Below are positions 29,503-37,845 of a stretch of DNA of 64,000 bases, one piece after another. The notes below the pieces were generated by a model. That model was given only the letters and a program-made list of their open reading frames with translations. It was not told where the DNA came from and searched no databases. The DNA lies in the NCBI GenBank assembly GCA_963668675.2, contig CAXXMB010000001.1:1152001-1216000 (forward strand), written 5' to 3'. Positions within the stretch are counted from its first letter, which is position 1; every line of letters starts with the position of its first letter. The DNA comes from an uncultured Desulfatitalea sp. GTDB taxonomy: Bacteria > Desulfobacterota > Desulfobacteria > Desulfobacterales > Desulfosarcinaceae. A program made the translations under genes and the position numbers.

Positions 29503-32121
29503 ATGAAACCTGGCATACGACTATTTTCACGTGTGATGATCATCCTTCTTTGCACGGTTGCCTGGATCGCGGCGACGACGCCAGCCTTGGCCCAGCCAGC
29601 AACCCAACCGGGCACCCCTCCTGCGCAATCAAACCAGCCAGCAGCTGCGAAAAGCAGCGGCCAGCAGTTGGTTTCCATCGACTTCAACAATGTCGATATT
29701 GGTGTTTTTATAAAATTTATCAGTGACTTAACAAAGCGCAACTTCATTGTCGACGACAAGGTGCGTGGCAAGGTCACCATTATCTCGCCCGGAAAAATAA
29801 CCGTTGCAGAAGCCTACCGCGTCTTTGAATCGGTGTTGGAGGTGTACGGATACACCACCGTCCCTTCGGGAAAAATTACCAAAATCGTACCTTCGCCGGA
29901 AGCACGCTCCAAGAACATCAAAACTCGCCTGCAGGAGGAGTCCGGAGCAGCCGGTGATGCCGTTATCACCCAGATCATCCCACTGCGCTATGCAGATCCA
30001 AACGAAATCAAAGGGCTTTTCACTCCCCTGGTCTCCAAAAACAGCGTTATTCAGGCGTATGCGCCCACCAACACCTTGATCATCACCGATGTTCACTCCA
30101 ACATCAAACGCCTCCTGCGAATTCTCAAAGCCATTGATATCACGGGGGTCGGGCAGCAGATCGCCATCATACCGGTGGAAAATGCCAGTGCGTCAAAAAT
30201 GGCCACGATGTTACAGACCATCTTCAAGCCAACCGGCAAGAGCAAGGCCGCCCGTTCCAGCGGCATCACCTTCGTCGCCGATGAGCGAACCAACGCCATC
30301 GTCGTCCTGGCCAGCGAAGGAGAAGTGGACAACATCCGCCAACTGATCAAAAGCCTGGACAAAGACACGCCCAAAGGCCAGGGCAATATCAACGTCTACT
30401 ACCTCGAGCACGCCACGGCTGAAGATCTGGTCAAGGTGCTGCAGGATATCCCCCAGAAGTCAGATACCGCCAAGGGGGGTAAACCGACGCAACCGGTGGT
30501 ATCCAATCAGGTGCGCATAACGGCCGACAAAGCCACCAACAGTCTGATCATCACCGCCGAACCGGACGACTACATGGTTTTAGAAGCGATCATCAAAAAG
30601 GTCGATATCCCAAGGGCCATGGTCTACATCGAAGCCTTGATCATGGAGGTCAACGTGACCAAAGATTTCGAGTTGGGCACCGAATGGATCATCGGCAACG
30701 AAGCTTCCCATGACGGCAAGGACATTGCTGTCGGGGGCGGATTCTCAGGCGAAGATTCAATCATTGGAGGAACGACATCAAGTGACGGAACACTTATTCC
30801 TTCACTGCCGTCCGGTATGGCACTGGGAATATTCGGCGAGGCGCTCAACATTTCGGGAATCTACTTTCCAAGCATCCAGGCCGTAATCAATGCATATAAG
30901 AAGGACAGGGATGTGCGCATCCTCTCTACGCCCCAGATATTGACCACCGACAATCAAGAGGCCAAAATCTACGTTGGCAAGAACATCCCCTTTCAAACCA
31001 CGGCCACGCTATCGACCTCGAGTGCCGGTGAGGTATACAACTCGTTCGAATACCGCGATGTCGGTAAAACCCTTAAAATTACACCCCAAATCAGCAAGGA
31101 CCGCATGGTGCGCCTGCTGCTCTCGCTGGAAGTCACCGCCCTGGAGTCGAACGCTGACAACCGCCCCATAACGCTTAAACGGACCATCGAAACCACTGCC
31201 ATTGTTCATGACGGTCATTCGGTGGTACTGGGCGGTTTGATCGATGACACCCAAGGGGCCACGGTCTACAAGGTGCCCTGTCTGGGAGACATTCCAGGTC
31301 TCGGATTTCTCTTCAGCACCCGCTCCACCGCATTCGAAAAATCCAACCTCTATGTCTTTCTCACGCCAAAGGTGATCCAGAGCCCCGAAGAGTTTGAAAA
31401 GGTATCAACAACCAAGCGGACAGAGATTGAGAATCTGCGCAGCAAGAGTATCGACCTTGATAAGAATAAGGATGCGCCCCCGCTCGAAGAGCTGCAAGTC
31501 CCGGCCCCCCAAAAAGAGCATGACGGCTACGTTCCAAAAGAGAATCCGCAGCAGAGCTCGAACACGCTGGGGCAACCCGATGCAAGTGCTGCACGGACAG
31601 CTTTCGAACCACCGTCCGAGCAACCCGGAGAGAGCACCGCACCTCAAACTGCCCAGAACGACAATCGCACGAAAGTAGAGACTGCATTGGCTGATGACGT
31701 GCCTCAAGCCCAGACCGAAAGCGCCACGCAGCAAATAGCGGTAGAACCGCAACCCCGCACCGTTGACAGGCCCGCCGCTGGTTCATCCGCCGCTTCTTCA
31801 GTGACGCCCCAACCCGCCGACACGGCCGTCGTTTCCTCTTCTGAACGTGATAAAACCATCTCCCCGGCAGCGAACAGCGATTCGAGCGGTATCGAAGGAT
31901 ACACCCTGCAGGTTGCCTCGATTCAGGACCCGGACAAAGCCAAGCTGCTATTGCTTGAACTCACCGGAAGGGGATATGCCGCCTACACGGTCCGCTCTGA
32001 GATTGACGGAAAAATTTGGTACCGGTTGCGAATCGGCTATTTTGCGAATCAGGACGCCGCCAAGCAGGTAATCGAAAAACTGAAGGCAGACCAATACACA
32101 CCCATTCTGGTGAAGCTATAG
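29503..32121 (+). CDS. gspD: T2SS secretin D with C-terminal low-complexity linker and SPOR domain
   Basis: Signal peptide, N0-N3 domains, secretin core (ILSTPQI, KVPCLGDIPGLGFLF), terminal YTLQVAS...WYRLRIGYF SPOR motif. Confidence 0.93.
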   Translation: MKPGIRLFSRVMIILLCTVAWIAATTPALAQPATQPGTPPAQSNQPAAAKSSGQQLVSIDFNNVDIGVFIKFISDLTKRNFIVDDKVRGKVTIISPGKITVAEAYRVFESVLEVYGYTTVPSGKITKIVPSPEARSKNIKTRLQEESGAAGDAVITQIIPLRYADPNEIKGLFTPLVSKNSVIQAYAPTNTLIITDVHSNIKRLLRILKAIDITGVGQQIAIIPVENASASKMATMLQTIFKPTGKSKAARSSGITFVADERTNAIVVLASEGEVDNIRQLIKSLDKDTPKGQGNINVYYLEHATAEDLVKVLQDIPQKSDTAKGGKPTQPVVSNQVRITADKATNSLIITAEPDDYMVLEAIIKKVDIPRAMVYIEALIMEVNVTKDFELGTEWIIGNEASHDGKDIAVGGGFSGEDSIIGGTTSSDGTLIPSLPSGMALGIFGEALNISGIYFPSIQAVINAYKKDRDVRILSTPQILTTDNQEAKIYVGKNIPFQTTATLSTSSAGEVYNSFEYRDVGKTLKITPQISKDRMVRLLLSLEVTALESNADNRPITLKRTIETTAIVHDGHSVVLGGLIDDTQGATVYKVPCLGDIPGLGFLFSTRSTAFEKSNLYVFLTPKVIQSPEEFEKVSTTKRTEIENLRSKSIDLDKNKDAPPLEELQVPAPQKEHDGYVPKENPQQSSNTLGQPDASAARTAFEPPSEQPGESTAPQTAQNDNRTKVETALADDVPQAQTESATQQIAVEPQPRTVDRPAAGSSAASSVTPQPADTAVVSSSERDKTISPAANSDSSGIEGYTLQVASIQDPDKAKLLLLELTGRGYAAYTVRSEIDGKIWYRLRIGYFANQDAAKQVIEKLKADQYTPILVKL

Positions 32122-32130
32122 CGACAACCC

Positions 32131-33870
32131 ATGGAACTGAACCACATCCTCAAGCACCGTTTCGGACTATCGGACGACTCCCTCTCCGACGCCCGCCATC
32201 TTCAGCAAGACAAGGGTGGGCGATTGGGAGATATCCTGGTTCAGCGTGAAGCCATTACCGAAACCCAGCTTCTGGAGGCGCTGAGTATCCAATACGAAAT
32301 ACCTTTCTGGCCGGAGTTGCCCATGGAAAACATCATGGGCGGCGACTTTTCCAAAAAGATATCGATTCAATTCCTTAAGCGGCACCATATGGTCCCTCTG
32401 GTGGTTCCCAATCCCGCAAAGGCAGCCCAGATGGACGTACAGCAGGAGCCCGGCCGTCAATCCCGGGATATCGTTTTCATCATAGCTGTCAACGATCCCG
32501 GCAACTTCAATGCCGTAGACGACTTGGCGCGGATCGCCGATTTGGAGACATACAGACTGGTCCTCTCGACCAAACAGGCCATCCTGGCGGCCATCAACCT
32601 CTCCTTCGACCTGAATCAGGATTCGGCCCAGCAGTTGGTTCAGAACATGGAGGACGAGAGTGATATCATCAGCCAGATCGAGGACACCGCCGATCTTCTC
32701 GAGGACACCAGCGATGCCCCTATCATCAAGCTGGTCAACCACATCCTCTCACAATCCATCAAGGCCCGTGCCAGCGATATTCATATCGAACCTTACCAGG
32801 ACAGTTTCAAAGTCCGGTATCGGGTGGATGGCATCCTCTACGACCTGTTGTCCCCTCCCAAGTGGATTCAGCCGGCCCTCACCTCGCGTATCAAGGTCAT
32901 GTCCAAGCTCAACATCGCTGAAAAGCGACTGCCTCAGGATGGACGTTTCGAGGTACGCATCGGCTCCCAGATGATCGATGTGCGTGTCTCTACACTCCCC
33001 ATCCAGTACGGCGAACGCGTGGTGATGCGGCTGCTGAACAAATCGAGTTCGATTTTTGAATTGAATGAAATCGGTCTCTCCCAGGCCCAGTTGAAGCTGA
33101 TCAAGGAGCTGGTCAGCTCACCCAACGGCATAGTCCTGGTGACCGGCCCCACCGGCAGCGGAAAAACCACGACGCTCTATTCTGTGCTCTCATCGATCAA
33201 TACGCCGGATATCAATATCATCACCATTGAAGACCCGGTTGAGTATCAACTCAAGGGCATCAGCCAGATTCAGGTCAATCCCAAGATAGAACTGACCTTT
33301 GCCAGGGGCCTGCGTTCCATCATGCGCCAGGATCCGGATGTGATCCTCATCGGTGAGATCCGTGATCGCGAGACTTCCGAAATCGCTGTGCAATCAGCAC
33401 TGACCGGCCATCTGGTCTTCTCGACTCTGCACACCAACGACTCGGCGAGTGCGATAACTCGCCTGGTCGATATCGGCGTTGAACCCTTTCTGATCTCCTC
33501 CTCCCTGCTGGCCGTGATTGCCCAACGCCTGGTGCGCGTTCTGTGCGAACACTGCAAAGAGCCCTATAAACCAGACATGACCCTGCAGGCCCTTGGGGTT
33601 CGCCCCGATCGGCTCGGAAAGTATACCTTTTACCGCGCCAAAGGTTGCGACAAGTGCTTCCACACCGGCTACCGCGGCCGCATCGGCATCTATGAAATCA
33701 TGATCATGGGACACAAGCTCAAGACGCTGATCCAGCGTACCTACGACTCGTACCAGATCAAACAGGAAGCGCTGAAGCTGGGGATGGTCACTTTGCGGCG
33801 CGACGGCATTGAAAAGGTGCTGAAAGGCATCACCACCATTGAAGAGGTGATTCGCGTCACACAGAAGTAA
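32131..33870 (+). CDS. gspE: T2SS ATPase E
   Basis: ASDIHIEP, GPTGSGKTT, RQDPDVILIGEIRD, STLHTND, CxxC...CxxC. Confidence 0.96.
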   Translation: MELNHILKHRFGLSDDSLSDARHLQQDKGGRLGDILVQREAITETQLLEALSIQYEIPFWPELPMENIMGGDFSKKISIQFLKRHHMVPLVVPNPAKAAQMDVQQEPGRQSRDIVFIIAVNDPGNFNAVDDLARIADLETYRLVLSTKQAILAAINLSFDLNQDSAQQLVQNMEDESDIISQIEDTADLLEDTSDAPIIKLVNHILSQSIKARASDIHIEPYQDSFKVRYRVDGILYDLLSPPKWIQPALTSRIKVMSKLNIAEKRLPQDGRFEVRIGSQMIDVRVSTLPIQYGERVVMRLLNKSSSIFELNEIGLSQAQLKLIKELVSSPNGIVLVTGPTGSGKTTTLYSVLSSINTPDINIITIEDPVEYQLKGISQIQVNPKIELTFARGLRSIMRQDPDVILIGEIRDRETSEIAVQSALTGHLVFSTLHTNDSASAITRLVDIGVEPFLISSSLLAVIAQRLVRVLCEHCKEPYKPDMTLQALGVRPDRLGKYTFYRAKGCDKCFHTGYRGRIGIYEIMIMGHKLKTLIQRTYDSYQIKQEALKLGMVTLRRDGIEKVLKGITTIEEVIRVTQK

Positions 33871-33909
33871 ACTGAATCTGCAATACAAAAGAGAGATCTT
33901 AACCGTACC

Positions 33910-34311
33910 ATGATAACGCGTCCAACCGCGATTCATAAAATCCTTGCCGGAGTGCTACTGGTACTTGCTTGCGCCTATTGCATGCCCGACGGTTCCCAGG
34001 CTGATGAGACCGGAGAGAACACACACCCGGCCACTGTCTCAGATGCTCCTGAAATCACCCCAATCGGTCTCTTCCGCCGGTTTATCTCCAAAGCAGACGG
34101 GGATCGCTGCCCCATGTATCCCACCTGCTCCCATTACGCCTCCGAGGCCTTTGCGAAAAAGGGCATTTTGATCGGTTGGATTTTGACCTCTGATCGACTG
34201 TTGCGCTGCGGCCGTGACGAGACGCGATTGGCACCCAAGATTCGAATTCACGGCAGGGTGCATTCTTACGATCCCGTGAGTGCCAACACCTTCTGGTGGG
34301 ATACCCCTTAA
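33910..34311 (+). CDS. YidD-like (membrane insertion efficiency factor domain) protein with N-terminal hydrophobic leader
   Basis: RCPMYPTCSHY...DRLLRC...YDPV motif. Confidence 0.8.
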   Translation: MITRPTAIHKILAGVLLVLACAYCMPDGSQADETGENTHPATVSDAPEITPIGLFRRFISKADGDRCPMYPTCSHYASEAFAKKGILIGWILTSDRLLRCGRDETRLAPKIRIHGRVHSYDPVSANTFWWDTP

Positions 34312-34314
34312 GCG

Positions 34315-35274
34315 ATGACGGCAGTCAAATCACTCTACCTCTATCTCTATCTCCTCACAGGCGTCCTTTTCTTCTTACCGATGGGAACCTTATCGCTCTG
34401 CGCTCAAACACTCGTCATCGATGCAGAAAAGCAGTATGAATATGCGGAGCAACTCAACGCCGAAGGGCGGTTTCGACAAGCGGCAGAGGAGTATGAACGT
34501 TTCGCCTTCTTTTTCCCTCAACACCCCCGGCAGCGAATGGTCCGCTTCAAATCCGCCTCCGCGTTTTTCAAGGCAGGTGACATTGGTACCGCGCTGGAAC
34601 GATTCGACCGACTCACCCGTGGCGACGCGCTGGACCGAGTGGCCATTGAATCATTCTTCATGATGACCGAGTGCTACCTGGCAGGGAAACAGTATGGTCA
34701 AGCCATCCTGCAGATGCGCAATCTGATCGTCCTGTCCGAGCAACAACATGAAAAAGATCGTGCTTATGAACGGATCGGCTGGATCCGCATCGATCAAATG
34801 GATTGGGAGGGTGCCAGACGAGCATTTGGCCGGATGACGCCATCGGCGCAAGACGAACATCAGATCGACCGCCTCGACGCGGCCCTGGAGGGTGCTTCCC
34901 AATTACCCTATAAAGCACCTGCCCTTGCGGGAGCCCTCTCCATCGTTCCGGGCGCTGGCCAACTCTATTGCGGACGCTATGAGGATGCGCTGGCGGCATT
35001 TCTGGTCAATGGGGCTTTGATCTGGGCCTCATACGAATCGTTCGATCACGATCTCGATGCTCTGGGCGGCCTGCTGGCCTTTGTAGGCGTCGGTTTTTAT
35101 GCAAGCAACATCTACGGTGCCGTCTCATCCGCCCACAAGTACAATCTCAGCCAGAAGCAGAGGTATGGCGAGCAGCTTCGCCAGCACCACCTCACGAACA
35201 GGTATCCACCCGACGAGCGACTTCGAAGCGGGTCGGACCCCCGATTCATTCTATCCTTTCGCCTGCCATTCTGA
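34315..35274 (+). CDS. Exported TPR protein with C-terminal hydrophobic segment
   Basis: Signal-like N-terminus, TPR helices, SIVPGAGQLY motif followed by TM-like helices. Confidence 0.75.
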   Translation: MTAVKSLYLYLYLLTGVLFFLPMGTLSLCAQTLVIDAEKQYEYAEQLNAEGRFRQAAEEYERFAFFFPQHPRQRMVRFKSASAFFKAGDIGTALERFDRLTRGDALDRVAIESFFMMTECYLAGKQYGQAILQMRNLIVLSEQQHEKDRAYERIGWIRIDQMDWEGARRAFGRMTPSAQDEHQIDRLDAALEGASQLPYKAPALAGALSIVPGAGQLYCGRYEDALAAFLVNGALIWASYESFDHDLDALGGLLAFVGVGFYASNIYGAVSSAHKYNLSQKQRYGEQLRQHHLTNRYPPDERLRSGSDPRFILSFRLPF

Positions 35275-35288
35275 AAGGATGACAACCT

Positions 35289-36245
35289 GTGTTGAAGAGA
35301 CTGATCACATATTCGGTTCTTGTGGCCCTATTCACGTGTGCGGCAGGAATCGCCACCTATCTCACTGTCCATTTCCTTATTCGAAGTGAAGATGTGGTGG
35401 TTGTCCCCGACCTGAAGGGCAAAGAGGTCGTCTATGCGTTGGAAACCCTTAGCGATTTGAAACTCAACATCAAGGTGAAAGGATCCGAATATAACCCGAC
35501 GGTACCCAAACACCATGTGATTGCACAGGATCCAGAACCCGGCAGTGAAATTAAACAGGGGCGAGACGTACGCCTGACGATCTCCAAGGGTGCCCAGGCA
35601 GTCGTCATCCCTAACCTTGCAGGCATGAACGTACCCCAGGCGCGCATTTTTCTCAGCGAGAACGACCTGATTCAAGGCCGCTTGAGCCACACCTACGACC
35701 CTGCCAGACCCAACGAGGAGATCCTGGCTCAATTTCCGCCTCCCGGGACGATCGCGCTGCGAGGCAACACGATCAACCTGTTGGTGAGCAGCGGACCTGC
35801 CCCCAACACTGTACCGATGATCGACTTGAGGGGCATGACTCTGAATCAGGCCATCGAGTCCCTCGAGGCCCGCCATTTGGTTACCGGCCAAATCCGCTCC
35901 GTGAGAGATCCTTCCGCGGCCGATGATACAATCCTGCGCCACAACCCCGCCTTCGGTCACCCGGTGGCCGTTGGCAGCAGTGTTGATTTGGCCGTCAATC
36001 AGCATGCAGGCCCCGTAGTGGAAAGCAAACAAAATGGCGTCGTACTTTTCCGCCATCGGGCACCTGACGGCTTTTTAAAACAACACGTTCGGGTAAAGGT
36101 CAACCGGCCGGAACTCACCACCGAGATGTTCAACGGTTTCGTTCGTCCGGGACGCGAAATTTGGCTGCTGATCCCTTATGAAGAGCCCGTAATGGTCCTT
36201 CTCTACCTGGATGACGAGTTGGTGGGCACGACGCGCTTCGAGTGA
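35289..36245 (+). CDS. Membrane-anchored PASTA-domain protein (three repeats, no kinase)
   Basis: N-terminal TM; VPDLKG, IPNLAG, MIDLRG repeats with QxPxPG. Confidence 0.88.
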   Translation: MLKRLITYSVLVALFTCAAGIATYLTVHFLIRSEDVVVVPDLKGKEVVYALETLSDLKLNIKVKGSEYNPTVPKHHVIAQDPEPGSEIKQGRDVRLTISKGAQAVVIPNLAGMNVPQARIFLSENDLIQGRLSHTYDPARPNEEILAQFPPPGTIALRGNTINLLVSSGPAPNTVPMIDLRGMTLNQAIESLEARHLVTGQIRSVRDPSAADDTILRHNPAFGHPVAVGSSVDLAVNQHAGPVVESKQNGVVLFRHRAPDGFLKQHVRVKVNRPELTTEMFNGFVRPGREIWLLIPYEEPVMVLLYLDDELVGTTRFE

Positions 36246-36429
36246 CCGGCTTGATCATAATGGGAGAAACGATACGCAAGGGAATTTGCTATTTGACAAG
36301 TACCTGCAGCTCCTGCCATAAAATGCGGCCAAGCAAGTAAATCAGTATGTGACACTGCCCTTCTGAAGAAACAGCGGCGGTTGTTGATTCGTTGTTACCC
36401 ACACCACAGAGCACAGGAGAACAAGGCCC

Positions 36430-37080
36430 ATGCCATTGATTGCCCCATCCATTCTTTCAGCAGATTTTTCACGGTTAGGCGAGGATATTCATGCAGTTGA
36501 AGCGGCAGGCGCAGACTGGATCCACATCGATGTCATGGACGGTCACTTCGTACCCAACATTACCATGGGGCCGCTTGTGGTTGAAGCGGTGAAACGGTCC
36601 ACCGATCTCCCGCTGGATGTTCATCTGATGATCGAAAATCCCGATCAGTATGTGCCTGAATTTGCCAAGGCGGGGGCCGACTATATCTCGGTTCAGGTGG
36701 AGACCTGTCCGCACCTGCACCGCAGCATACACCTTATCAAGGAGAACAAAGCCAAAGCCGGTGCCGTGCTCAATCCGGGCACTGGGTTGGAGGCGCTGGA
36801 GTGGGTGATGTCCGATCTCGATTTTGTTCTGGTGATGAGTGTCAATCCCGGCTTCGGGGGGCAGAAGTTTATCGCCAGCAGCCTGGAAAAGATCCGTGCC
36901 CTGCGGGAACGCATCGATGCAAATCAACTCAATACACTGATTCAGGTGGATGGCGGGGTGAATCGCGGTACCGTCAAAGCAATCATCCAGGCCGGAGCCG
37001 ATGTGCTCGTGGCCGGATCGGCCATATTCGGGAGTGACGATTACAAGGCAACCATCTCTGAATTGAAATCGACCGCTTAA
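36430..37080 (+). CDS. rpe: Ribulose-phosphate 3-epimerase
   Basis: [36 protein letters not shown]. Confidence 0.98.
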   Translation: MPLIAPSILSADFSRLGEDIHAVEAAGADWIHIDVMDGHFVPNITMGPLVVEAVKRSTDLPLDVHLMIENPDQYVPEFAKAGADYISVQVETCPHLHRSIHLIKENKAKAGAVLNPGTGLEALEWVMSDLDFVLVMSVNPGFGGQKFIASSLEKIRALRERIDANQLNTLIQVDGGVNRGTVKAIIQAGADVLVAGSAIFGSDDYKATISELKSTA

Positions 37081-37097
37081 CCGGGAGAAGAGAGACT

Positions 37098-37565
37098 ATG
37101 GGCAACCCGCCGAAAGAACACCAGGTACTGGTCATTCACGGTCCCAATTTGAATATGCTTGGACTACGAGAGCCGGGCCTCTACGGCAGAACCCGTCTGG
37201 AAGAGATCGATTCCCAACTGACGGATCTCGGAAAGCAATGGGGCATCACGGTAACATGCTTTCAGTCCAACCACGAGGGGCATATTGTCGATCGGATTCA
37301 GTTGGCGTCGAGCAGCGTGGATGGTATCATCATCAATCCGGCCGCATTCACGCATACCAGTATCGCAATTCGGGATGCGCTCCTGCTGCTGTCGGTTCCC
37401 ATCATCGAAGTACACCTGTCCAACATCCATAAACGCGAGGCGTTTCGCCACCACTCCTTCGTGTCTGATGTGGTGACCGGGCAGGTCGTCGGTTTGGGGG
37501 TAAACGGTTACTATCTGGCCCTGCGCGCTCTGGCCGACATCGTCGGCGCTACGGTTCAGGGGTAA
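37098..37565 (+). CDS. aroQ: Type II 3-dehydroquinate dehydratase
   Basis: GPNLNMLGLREPGLYG, FQSNHEG, EVHLSNIHKRE. Confidence 0.97.
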   Translation: MGNPPKEHQVLVIHGPNLNMLGLREPGLYGRTRLEEIDSQLTDLGKQWGITVTCFQSNHEGHIVDRIQLASSSVDGIIINPAAFTHTSIAIRDALLLLSVPIIEVHLSNIHKREAFRHHSFVSDVVTGQVVGLGVNGYYLALRALADIVGATVQG

Positions 37566-37599
37566 CATGGTCAGCTCGCCACGAGCGGCGCAGGTCGCA

Positions 37600-37800
37600 T
37601 TAGATCTTGCGTACCTTTTCCGCTTCAGCACCCCGTTTGGTCATGGCAATCTCAAAAAGGACCTTGTCGCCACGCCTGAGGGTGCGAAACCCTTCCATCT
37701 CAATGGCGCTGTGATGTACGAAAAACTGTTCTCCTTCGTCCGTTTCTATGAAACCATAGCCCTTTTCTTCGCTAAAAGAGCGAACGATCCCGACTGCCAT
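37600..37800 (-). CDS. Cold-shock domain protein
   Basis: KGYGFI (RNP1), FVHHSAI (RNP2). Confidence 0.95.
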   Translation of the reverse strand: MAVGIVRSFSEEKGYGFIETDEGEQFFVHHSAIEMEGFRTLRRGDKVLFEIAMTKRGAEAEKVRKI

Positions 37801-37845
37801 ACATGAGCCCCTTTTCTTTTAGTGATAAATCCAAGCGCGTTCTCA

